From NCBI GenBank assembly GCA_963722795.1, contig CAVROD010000004.1, positions 267,768-331,767 on the forward strand: DNA of 64,000 nucleotides, written 5' to 3'. The notes below the pieces were generated by a model. That model saw nothing but the letters and a program-made list of their open reading frames with translations, was not told the DNA's origin and made no database searches. Shown here one piece after another: positions 19,255-27,428 of this stretch; positions within the stretch are counted from its first letter, which is position 1, and each line of letters starts with the position of its first letter. The position numbers and the translations under genes are program-made. Source of the DNA: an uncultured Actinomycetes bacterium. Lineage in GTDB: Bacteria; Actinomycetota; UBA4738; HRBIN12.

Positions 19255-19928
19255 CGCCCGGCCGTGTGGTCGTGCTCTCGACCCATCTCGACGACGGGGT
19301 GCTGTCGATCGGGGGGTGGATGCATCGGGCGGCGCGCGGTGGCTCCGCCATCACCCTCGTCACCGTGCTCGCGGGCGATCCGAACGACACGAGACCGGGA
19401 AGCGACTGGGATCGCCGTTCGGGATTCTCGACGGTCGGTGAGGCGGCCACCGCCCGACGTGCCGAAGACCGGCGAGCATGCGCGATCCTGGGGCTTCGAA
19501 CCTCGTGGCTGCCGTTCGGCGACATGCTCCAGGGCAGGGGCGCTTCGGACGAGGCTGTCTGGAACGCGCTCGTGCCGCTGCTCGCGAACGCCGACCTCGT
19601 GCTGGGGCCGGGGTTCCCGCTGAGCCATCCCGATCACGCGTGGCTCGCGACGCTGTTGCACGGGGAGGGCGGGAGCCTGCCGACGGGCTTCTATGCCGAG
19701 CAGCCGTATCGTCACCATGGCGGGGGCGCGCTGGGCGATCCGCCGAGCGCGGGGGAGGGGATCCGTTGGGAGCCGGTCCGGTTGTCCCCCCGTGAACGGT
19801 GGGCCAAGTTCCGCGCCGTGCGTGAGTACCGCTCCCAGCTCGCCTTGCTGAGCGACCGCCGGGGGCTCGCCCGGCGGCTGGGTCTCGCCCGCGGCGATGC
19901 AGGGGAGGCGCTCGCATGGGGGCCCTGA
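19251..19928 (+). CDS. PIG-L/LmbE family deacetylase
   Basis: GTGA overlap with the upstream gene. VVVLSTHLDDGVLSIGG and LSHPDHAWL are metal-binding motifs of the family. Confidence 0.75.
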   Translation: MTPGRVVVLSTHLDDGVLSIGGWMHRAARGGSAITLVTVLAGDPNDTRPGSDWDRRSGFSTVGEAATARRAEDRRACAILGLRTSWLPFGDMLQGRGASDEAVWNALVPLLANADLVLGPGFPLSHPDHAWLATLLHGEGGSLPTGFYAEQPYRHHGGGALGDPPSAGEGIRWEPVRLSPRERWAKFRAVREYRSQLALLSDRRGLARRLGLARGDAGEALAWGP

Positions 19929-20620
19929 GCTCGGTCCGCCGCCGGGTCCGCCGCTTCAGGCGCTTGGTCGCGCGGCGACCGCCCGTGGGCCTGGTGCGCT
20001 TCGGCAGCCTGCGCAGGACGACGCCGATCGGCCATGAGTGGGGTGAGGATCGGGGTCTGCCCGTCGACCGGGTTTACATCGACCGATTCATGAACGCCCA
20101 TCGCTCCGACATGCGCGGGCACGTGCTCGAGGTTCAGTACCCGGTGTACACCGGCCGCTTCGGCTCGGCGGTCACGGAGACCGACGTGCTCGACATCCGT
20201 GCGGACAACCCCGCGGCCACGATCGTGGCCGACCTCACCGCGGCCGCCATGGTCCCCGATGACACGTTCGACTGCGTGGTGCTGACACAGACGCTGCACC
20301 TGATCCACGACCACGTGGCGGCGGTTCGAGAGGTACACCGCATGCTGCGCCCTGGCGGGGTGCTGCTGGCGACGGTCCCGGGCATCTCGCCCGTCGTCGA
20401 CACCACCGCGCGGTGGTGCTACACGCCGTTGTCCGTTCGTGAGATCTTCGCCGGCGTGTTCGGGTCCGAGCACATCGATGTCGAGTCGTTCGGCAACGTG
20501 CTCACCGCGACGGCGTTCCTCTACCAGCTGGGGGCGCGGGAACTGCGGGCGGCGGACTATGCCGCGCGCGACCCCGCGTACCCCATGGTGATCGCGGTGC
20601 GGGCGGAGAAAGGGTCGTGA
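19916..20620 (+). CDS. class I SAM-dependent methyltransferase
   Basis: 234 aa. FDCVVLTQTLHLIHD...MLRPGGVLLATVPG (Methyltransf_11-like). It overlaps the upstream gene by 13 nt. Confidence 0.8.
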   Translation: MGALSSVRRRVRRFRRLVARRPPVGLVRFGSLRRTTPIGHEWGEDRGLPVDRVYIDRFMNAHRSDMRGHVLEVQYPVYTGRFGSAVTETDVLDIRADNPAATIVADLTAAAMVPDDTFDCVVLTQTLHLIHDHVAAVREVHRMLRPGGVLLATVPGISPVVDTTARWCYTPLSVREIFAGVFGSEHIDVESFGNVLTATAFLYQLGARELRAADYAARDPAYPMVIAVRAEKGS

Positions 20621-21616
20621 CCGCGATCAGCGTCGTCGTGCCGACGAGGAACCGAGCCCAGGTGCTGGGGTCCTCGCTCGCCTCGATCGCAGCGCAGCGA
20701 GCGGGCGCCGACTTCGAGGTGATCGTCGTCGACAACGCCTCCTCCGACGGCACGACGGATCTGCTCCGTGCATGGACCGCTCGGGACGACCGGTTCCGCC
20801 TCGTACGGGAAGAGCGGCTCGGGCGGAGCTGCGCGATGAACGCCGGGATCTCGGTCGCCGCAGGTTCCCTGCTGTTGTTCACCGACGACGACGTGGAGCT
20901 CGCTCCCGGCTGGGTGGAATCGTTCCGTCGGTTCTTCGCGTCGCACGAAGGCCCTCGTCATCGCCGGAGGGGCGATCGAGCCCGCGCCCCCCGACCTGTC
21001 GTCGTGGCCCTCGTGGTTGTCGCCGGCGTCGCGTTCGGCCGACGGCCCGGGCCTCGACCACGGCGAGGATGAGCGAGCGCTGGCGTCCCACGAGTTCCTG
21101 TGGGGCGCGAGCATGGCGGTGCCCGCCGAGGTCTTCGAACGACTGGGCACCTGGAACGAGACGGTCGGCCGACGAGGAGACCATCGGGGTACCTTCGAGG
21201 ACATCGACTTCCAGCAGCGCCTGCGCGCGGCGGGCGGCTCGGTCTGGTACCTGCCCGACGCTCGGCTGCGCCACCGCGTGCCCACGGCCGAGGTGACGCC
21301 CCGGCGCATCCTCCTGCGGGCGTACCGCAACGGCCGCAACGACGCATGGTTCCCGCCGGGCGGCGAGGCACGTCCGCCGCGGGCGTCGTGGGTGCGGGGG
21401 AGGCCTTCGCGCGGTGGATGGCCGTGACGATCGCCTTCCGTGCTCGCCCCGATGCCGCCGCCTTCGATCGTGCCCGCGATGCCGCCCGGCACGCCGGTCG
21501 GGCCGGCGAGCGGGTGGCGATCGGCCGCCATCGAGCTCGCGCCTTCGTCCAGCGGCTCGCGTGGGCTTTCGCGAGCGCGGATCCTGAGGGTCGCGCCCGA
21601 TCGACCGTCGCGTTAG
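20617..21616 (+). pseudogene. family 2 glycosyltransferase (at least 2 frame breaks; 3' end uncertain)
   Basis: ISVVVPTRNRAQVL...EVIVVDNASSDGT...LLLFTDDDV. It continues in other frames (WGASMAVPAEVFERLGTWNE...FEDIDFQQRL...WYLPDARLRHR). Confidence 0.65.
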
Positions 21617-22561
21617 GGCAGGCAGGTCGCCACGATGAGCTCGACCAGGTCGTCGAGGTCATCGAAGCGAAGATCGCGGTGCAGGTTCCAGGAGGGGACG
21701 CTCGCCGCCAGCCCCGCGACACCGTGGAAGCATCGCGATCGGTCCTCGTGCGTCGGCAGGTGCAGGCTGAGCGCCCACAGGTCGGGGATCGTGTCGGCCG
21801 GCTGCCGGCGCTCGAGCACCGGGGAGCCCTCGCCTCGGCGCAGGAACACGATGCCTGCGATCGGCACCGGGTCGCCGGTGCCTCGCCGCGGTGGCGTCGA
21901 GGGCGACGTGCACCCGGTCGGGCTCCTCGGCGATGACCTCCACGTCGGGCACGTCGATCGAGCCGTGCACGTCGGGGCGGAGCCGGAGCAACGCGGGTCC
22001 GGGGAAGATCGAGGGATGCGATGTCGGCCGGATGCGGGCCAGATCCTCCGAGAGCATGCGGTAGCCCGCCCGATGGAAGGCCGCCGCGGTCGTGGTCTTG
22101 CCGTGGCGCCCCGGAGCGGGGAAGAGGATCGCCCGTCCGCCTACCTCGACGGCGGCGCTATGCAGCGAGATGTCGCCGTGGGCGAGATAGCTCGTCGCCG
22201 TCGGGATGCCCCACAGCCGCTGCTCGCGCCTGACCGAGTGCCCTCGATCGGAGAGCCCGATCGAGGGTACCGACGGATCGGCGACGAACCAGCCTTCGCG
22301 GTCGGTCCAGAACGCGAACCGTCCGTCGTCGGCGTAGAGCGAGGCACGGAAGTCCCGTCCTGCTCGCAGCGGCCACTCCAGCATCGCGTCGCCCACCGGA
22401 GCCGGATCGGCGTCGAGCTGGTGCACGTCGAGGGGATCCGTGATGCCTCCGAGGTCACGCAGGAACCGCCACGCGATCGGTGAGCGCACGGCATAGCCGT
22501 GGATCGCGCCCAGCGGGGCGATGCGCTCGTCGTCGGTGCTCTCGGCCCCGGTCGCGGTCAC
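21613..22561 (-). pseudogene. HPr kinase-related P-loop kinase (one frame break near 21870)
   Basis: LHSAAVEVGGRAILFPAPGRHGKTTTAAAFHRAGYRMLSEDL resembles HprK C-terminal domains. GTG start overlaps the oxygenase stop (GTGA at 22558-22561). The tail IAGIVFLRRGEGSPVLERR... lies in the 21613..21867 frame. Confidence 0.7.
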
Positions 22562-23268
22562 CGAGCGCGGTGGTACCAGCCACCGATCGAGACACGGGCC
22601 GTGCCCTGCGACGCACTCTCGACCGGCAAGACCTCGTGCACCGATTGAGCCTGCACGTCGAACATCACGATCGAGTTGAAGTCGGCATGTACCTGGTGGG
22701 TGGTGCCGGCGCCGTCGATCATCGCGAGCGTGCCGCCGTACTCCGGCCGCCAATCCGGGTTCAGGTAGAGCACGAGCGCGAGCCGGCGGTCCTTGTTGTC
22801 GTCGGTGTGATGCCGCAGGAAGTCGCCTGTTCGCATCGAGTGCACGCCGAAGTCGTCGCTCGCCGTGAGCGGCAACCCGCTCACCGCGGCGAAGAACGAG
22901 CGGAAGGCGTCGGTCTGCAGCGCCTGTCGGAACTGCAGGTACGTCAGGGCGTTCGGGCTGAACTGGTGCTCGGCGGGCACCCCGTGCAGCCTGGAGAGCC
23001 GGAAGAACCGGTCGTCCTCGGTCGCACCCTCGTACTGCGACTCGGAGACGCCCCCCTCGACCGAGAAGATGCCGTACTCGGTCTCGTAGTCGGCCTCGTC
23101 GAGCAGGAACCGTGCGAGGTGTTCGGCCTTCTCCTGCACGAGCAGGTCGTGCACGACGAGCATGCGCGCAGGATGGGAGTCGAGCGATGTTCGATACGAC
23201 GCGAGTGCGTCGTCGTCGAGGTGCTGGGGCTGGAACCAGGGCTCGAGGGCGTTGCGATCGATCGTCAT
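22558..23268 (-). CDS. 2OG-Fe(II) oxygenase, prolyl-4-hydroxylase-like
   Basis: Starts MTIDRNALEPW. Facial triad candidates FLRHHTDDN (HxD) and SVHEVLPV. RLALVLYLNPDW...GGTL is typical of 2OG-FeII_Oxy_3. Confidence 0.75.
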   Translation of the reverse strand: MTIDRNALEPWFQPQHLDDDALASYRTSLDSHPARMLVVHDLLVQEKAEHLARFLLDEADYETEYGIFSVEGGVSESQYEGATEDDRFFRLSRLHGVPAEHQFSPNALTYLQFRQALQTDAFRSFFAAVSGLPLTASDDFGVHSMRTGDFLRHHTDDNKDRRLALVLYLNPDWRPEYGGTLAMIDGAGTTHQVHADFNSIVMFDVQAQSVHEVLPVESASQGTARVSIGGWYHRAR

Positions 23269-23403
23269 GGTTCGCCGATGGTAGTCGACCGATGGGGGCG
23301 AGACATCCGTCCGATGGTCACTCCTCGGGGGCCGTGTGGCACTGCTAGGATGCGCCACACCCGCGAGGCTGCGAGGCAGTTCCCGAGAGGAGATGGGCAC
23401 GCG

Positions 23404-23706
23404 ATGATCGATGATGCCACCGTCGTCCGGCGCAACCCGACCGTCGAGTACAGGAGCTTGGGCGCCGACGACGGGGGAGGCGTGCTGCTGCACGTCGGCA
23501 CCGGCGCCTATCACGGGTTGAACGAGGTCGGCGCCGCCGTCTGGGCCCTGCTCGAGCCCGAGCAGGGAGTCGCCTTCGGCTCGATCGTCGAAGGGGTGCG
23601 CGGCCAGGTCGAGGAGGCGCCGGAGAACCTCGCCGAGGAGATCGGCGAGTTCCTCGAGGACCTCTCGACCCGCGACCTTGTGAGCCTGGGCGCGACGGAA
23701 GGCTGA
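23404..23706 (+). CDS. PqqD-family protein (RiPP recognition element, lasso B1-like)
   Basis: 100 aa: MIDDATVVRRNPTVEYRSLGADDGGGVLLHVGTGAYHGLNEVGAAVWALLEP... is the canonical PqqD pattern. An alternative ATG exists at 23350. Confidence 0.8.
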   Translation: MIDDATVVRRNPTVEYRSLGADDGGGVLLHVGTGAYHGLNEVGAAVWALLEPEQGVAFGSIVEGVRGQVEEAPENLAEEIGEFLEDLSTRDLVSLGATEG

Positions 23707-23721
23707 GCGCCGCCGCCGACC

Positions 23722-24159
23722 CTACGAGTATCGAGCGATCTGCTCGTGCCGCCCCTTGCCGGGCGGTGGTCCCACGTCGACCCCGCCGATCTCGATCCAT
23801 GCATGCGCGTCCTTGTCGCGGGGCTCGCGCGGCAGGCCGATCACCAGCTCGACCCCGTCGCCCTGCTCCCGCAGGAGCCGGAACAGCACCAGCGACGTGA
23901 ACAGGCATCTGGCCTTGAGCGGGCCGAATCGCAGCACCATGTACACGAGCTGTCCGAGGCGTCGTGGGTGCGCGTAGAGGGTGCGACCGGGGCGGGCCGG
24001 CGCTCGCAACGTGGCCACCACGGCGGGGAGCGGTCGCGTGCGAACAGCGCGAGCCACCAACACGTATGACGCGAGGATGTGCGGCGCGAGCCTGATCTTG
24101 TCCAGCAGACGCAGTGGGCGGGGCACTCCGCGGAGCTCGGGCTGGGGGCGTGTGCTCAT
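23722..24159 (-). CDS. lasso peptide B2-like transglutaminase-fold cysteine protease
   Basis: 145 aa from MSTRPQPEL. KARCLFTSLVLFRLLREQG...DKDAHAWIEIGGVDV gives the Cys/His catalytic context typical of B2 proteins. Confidence 0.8.
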   Translation of the reverse strand: MSTRPQPELRGVPRPLRLLDKIRLAPHILASYVLVARAVRTRPLPAVVATLRAPARPGRTLYAHPRRLGQLVYMVLRFGPLKARCLFTSLVLFRLLREQGDGVELVIGLPREPRDKDAHAWIEIGGVDVGPPPGKGRHEQIARYS

Positions 24160-24208
24160 GGGCGGGTGGAGGTCACCTGGCGCCTCAGAGCTCGTTGCCC
24201 TCGCACGC

Positions 24209-24241
24209 AAGAACGCCCGCGCCGAGGGCGCGGGCGTTCTT
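24209..24241 (-). terminator. perfect hairpin between the precursor and B2 genes (attenuator/terminator candidate)
   Basis: aagaacgcccgcgcc-gag-ggcgcgggcgttctt: 15-bp stem, 3-nt loop, 27 nt downstream of the precursor stop. There is no clear U tract. Confidence 0.5.
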
Positions 24242-24268
24242 GTCGAAACGCGTTTCGATCAGAAGCGG

Positions 24269-24415
24269 TTAGCTTCCGACTTCCTCGTGCGACAGCTCGC
24301 CGTACTCGTCCGGCTTCGCAGGCGGCTTGCCGCCCTTCTGCTGTCCACCAGGGGTGGTGAACGTGTGGTCGGAGATAGGACCGAAGTCCGTCACCTGGGG
24401 CTTCTCGTACTGCAT
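24269..24415 (-). CDS. RiPP precursor peptide with lasso-type leader (48 aa; below the ORF-track cutoff)
   Basis: Manual translation: MQYEKPQVTDFGPISDHTFTTPGGQQKGGKPPAKPDEYGELSHEEVGS*. GGAGG lies 6 nt upstream of the ATG. The leader fits YxxPxL/V...G.....T-x. It sits between the NTase and B2 genes on the same strand. Confidence 0.7.
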   Translation of the reverse strand: MQYEKPQVTDFGPISDHTFTTPGGQQKGGKPPAKPDEYGELSHEEVGS

Positions 24416-24547
24416 ACCCAACCTCCATGGTCGTCGGGGTCGGCCGACTATAACCCAGAATGACCCACACTGTGTAGGCCGAATGGGCTAATCCTGCAAG
24501 AAATTTCACCTGCGTCGGATGACCCGGCGGGCACATGCATCCGGGCG

Positions 24548-25570
24548 TCATCTCCCGACTTTCCCGACTTTCCGGGCTTTGCGGGCTGCTCGGATCGCTG
24601 GTATGAGTTTCCATGCAACCCAGAACGGGCGAGCGATGTAGGCGAGCGCAAGGCCGAGTCTACCTCGTCGGGCGAGGGGCGACCACGCGCGCATGTGTGC
24701 GGGCGGTGGCCACACCTTGCGGGCCGCCACTCGAAGTCCTTCGGTGGGCGTCGCGTCATGCATCATCCAGTCCACCCCCACCGCGAGCGGCGGCGGTTGC
24801 TGCAGCCTGAGCGCGACCTCCGGGCTCATCCGATCGGTGAGCTCCAGCTCGTCTGCCAAGAGCCCTCCGGCCTCGATGCGGCGAAGGCCCGCGGCGAACG
24901 CTTCCAGGGCGTCGAGCTGGGTCGCGAGCTCGGCCGTGTGGCGCCAATCCTCGACGGGGATCCTGGCGACGGCCAGCTCCAAGTCCCTGATGGCCTTGCC
25001 CCCGCGCCCTTCGCGCTTGCCGCCGTCCTTCGCGGCGTGCAGCACCAGCACCAAGGCCCGAGCGACCGGGTCCAAGACCGGCACCTGACCGCCGGCGAGG
25101 GGCATGGTTTGTGTCCGAGCCTCGAGTGTGTCCCACACCCGGTCGGGGGGCGCCTTGATACCGAGGAACGTGGTGTGCAGGTCGACGGACACGTTGTCGG
25201 CGCGCCAGAGTGGGAAGCCGTAACGCGGTCGGTCACGCACGACGGATTCGAACCCGCGGCGCACGAATCCGGCGCCGGCCAGGACCGATTCCGCCCCCGC
25301 CGCATCCCCGGGAGGGATCAGCAAGTCGCAGTCGGCGTAGGTGCGCTCATCGGGGTCGTCGTACAGCCACCGGGCATGGCTCGCCCCTTTGAGCAGGATG
25401 CTCGGGATACCGGCGTCGCGCAGGCGGGGGATGACCTCGACCACCGCTCGGTCGACCGACATCGATCGGACCGCCGCCCGCATCGCCGCGGGGATCGGCG
25501 TGGTGACGTCCGACCCGAGGTCGGTCACGACCGGTCGGACGCTGGTGTGCTCGCTTCGGTCTCTCGCCAT
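24548..25570 (-). CDS. nucleotidyltransferase family protein (NTP_transf_5-like)
   Basis: 340 aa. VEVIPRLRDAGIPSILLKGASHARWLYDDPDERTYADCDLLIPP matches my recollection of the uncharacterised-nucleotidyltransferase family seen in lasso/kinase clusters. Confidence 0.7.
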   Translation of the reverse strand: MARDRSEHTSVRPVVTDLGSDVTTPIPAAMRAAVRSMSVDRAVVEVIPRLRDAGIPSILLKGASHARWLYDDPDERTYADCDLLIPPGDAAGAESVLAGAGFVRRGFESVVRDRPRYGFPLWRADNVSVDLHTTFLGIKAPPDRVWDTLEARTQTMPLAGGQVPVLDPVARALVLVLHAAKDGGKREGRGGKAIRDLELAVARIPVEDWRHTAELATQLDALEAFAAGLRRIEAGGLLADELELTDRMSPEVALRLQQPPPLAVGVDWMMHDATPTEGLRVAARKVWPPPAHMRAWSPLARRGRLGLALAYIARPFWVAWKLIPAIRAARKARKVGKVGR

Positions 25571-25771
25571 CGACCCTTCAGACCAGCCGGGTCCGCAGCT
25601 CGATGGGTTCGATGCCGTTCACATCCCCATCTTCCCATAGCGATCGCGACCCGCCCGCGCCGGAGTGGTCTCGAACGCAGCTTAGGTCTGACGGCAGGGG
25701 TGCCGATAGGAGTCCGGAGAGGGAGCGGGGCCTGAACGGGCCACTGCGGATAGCGAGGGGGTTGTTGATAT

Positions 25772-27385
25772 ATGAGGGCACCCATCAGGCAACTGATGAC
25801 GTGGGGACTGGCGCTGGTCTTGATCAGCAGCGGGCTGGCCTGGGGCGCGACCGGCGATCCGGTCGGAACGGCCCTGTACCGGGTGAACGCGGGTGGACCC
25901 GCGCTCGCCGGCGGCGCATGGGCTGCCGACGACTCGCCTGAGGTGTCCGCGCTCACGAACGAGGAGCGCACGAGGATCGCATCCACCGATCATGCGATCG
26001 ACATGTCGCACCCGTCGGTGCCGGCCGGCACCCCTGCGGCGCTCTTCTCGACGCAGCGCTGGGATCCCCGCGAGCAACCGAGGATGGCCTGGCGGTTCCG
26101 GGTTGAGCCCGGCCAGTACGAGGTGCGGCTCTATTTCGCCGAGATCTCGCCCGACGCCCAAGGTGTCGGGTTGCGGTCGTTCCATGTGGCGATCGAAGGA
26201 TCGGTGCTGCTTCGCGACTACGACGTCTTCCGCGTCGCCGGCGGCGGCTACCGAGGTGTGATGGAGTCGTTCGCGGTCGACTCTGATGAACGACTCCGGA
26301 TCGCGTTCCGTCACCAGCGAGGTATGCCCGTGGTGAACGGCATCGAGGTGCTGCCGTTCGGCTCGACGCCCGATCCGACCGTGGACCCCGATCCGACCGT
26401 GGACCCCGATCCGACCGTGGACCCCGATCCTGAGCCCGATCCGGACGGCACGCCTATCGGAACCGCGTGCGGGGGCGTCAACGTGGCTTCGAGCACGAAT
26501 CTGCAGGCGGCGGTCGATGCGAACCCGACCGGCACGACGTTCTGCCTCCAGGGGACCTACCGGCTCTCCAAGCCTGTCAAGCCGAAGGCGGGGCAGTCGT
26601 TCGTGGGGCCGGCCGTGCTCCTCGGAGCCGGCGCAGCCTCGGCGTTCGACCTCAACAACGGCACGAGTGGCGTCGCCGGTGTCTCGTTCGTCCATCTCGA
26701 CGTCTCCGGCTTCACCGAACGAGGCATCGACTGCTGGGTCGGGACCCGCGTCATCGGCGGGCGATACCATCACAACGACCGGAACGGCATCGGCTGTGGT
26801 CTGGACTACGAGCGCGGCCAGATCCTGATCGTCGGGGTCGAGATCGACCACAACGGTTCGGAGGACGATCTCGGCCAGGGCAGCGGCGGCCTGAAGATCG
26901 CCCGTCTCGGTCCCGACGGCCTGACCGTTCGATACTCGAACATCCATGACAACCTCGGCAGCGGTGTCTGGTGCGACGTGCAGTGCATCGGTACCTTCCT
27001 GGTCGAGGACAACCTGATCGCGCGGAACTCGCGCAAGGGCGTGCACTACGAGAAGTCGGGTGCAACCGACGAGTACATCGAGGGCAGGGTCGTCGAAGGC
27101 CAGGCGGTGATCCGTCGCAACGTCGTCACCGGCAACGGGTGGGAAGGTCGCGATCACGCAGCCGACGGCGGCATCGGCGGTGTGAGCTCGGTGAACATGC
27201 TGATCGAGGGCAACATCACGTCGGGCAACCCCCGCGGCGGGATCTTCCTTCGCACCGACGGGCGTCTGTCGGGCGACAAGCACGGCTGGCCGATGGAGGC
27301 GATCGTGCGCAACAACCAGACCCTCGACGGCATCCGCGGGTGCGTGGAGGAGCCGGGGGTCACCTGCATCGGCAACCTCCTCTGA
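25772..27385 (+). CDS. secreted malectin-domain / right-handed beta-helix protein
   Basis: Signal MTWGLALVLISSGLAWG. Malectin-like YRVNAGG...QRWDP...YEVRLYFAEI...VNGIEVL. (PTVDPD)n linker. Repetitive beta-helix turns (NGIGCG, IHDNLGSGVWCD, IARNSRKGVHYE, VTGNGWEG, EGNITSGN). Confidence 0.8.
   Translation: MRAPIRQLMTWGLALVLISSGLAWGATGDPVGTALYRVNAGGPALAGGAWAADDSPEVSALTNEERTRIASTDHAIDMSHPSVPAGTPAALFSTQRWDPREQPRMAWRFRVEPGQYEVRLYFAEISPDAQGVGLRSFHVAIEGSVLLRDYDVFRVAGGGYRGVMESFAVDSDERLRIAFRHQRGMPVVNGIEVLPFGSTPDPTVDPDPTVDPDPTVDPDPEPDPDGTPIGTACGGVNVASSTNLQAAVDANPTGTTFCLQGTYRLSKPVKPKAGQSFVGPAVLLGAGAASAFDLNNGTSGVAGVSFVHLDVSGFTERGIDCWVGTRVIGGRYHHNDRNGIGCGLDYERGQILIVGVEIDHNGSEDDLGQGSGGLKIARLGPDGLTVRYSNIHDNLGSGVWCDVQCIGTFLVEDNLIARNSRKGVHYEKSGATDEYIEGRVVEGQAVIRRNVVTGNGWEGRDHAADGGIGGVSSVNMLIEGNITSGNPRGGIFLRTDGRLSGDKHGWPMEAIVRNNQTLDGIRGCVEEPGVTCIGNLL
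26369..26446 (+). repeat. 18-bp tandem repeat (3 perfect units plus degenerate tail) encoding the PTVDPD linker
   Basis: cccgatccgaccgtggac x3 at 26369-26422, followed by cccgatcctgagcccgatccggac. Confidence 0.8.
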
Positions 27386-27394
27386 GACCGCGCG

Positions 27395-27420
27395 CCCGGC
27401 CGGACTTGCGTCCGGCCGGG
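27395..27420. terminator. GC-rich hairpin between convergent genes (bidirectional terminator candidate)
   Basis: cccggccggac-ttgc-gtccggccggg: 11-bp perfect stem between the stops at 27385 (+) and 27429 (-). Confidence 0.5.
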
Positions 27421-27428
27421 CGGGCCGA

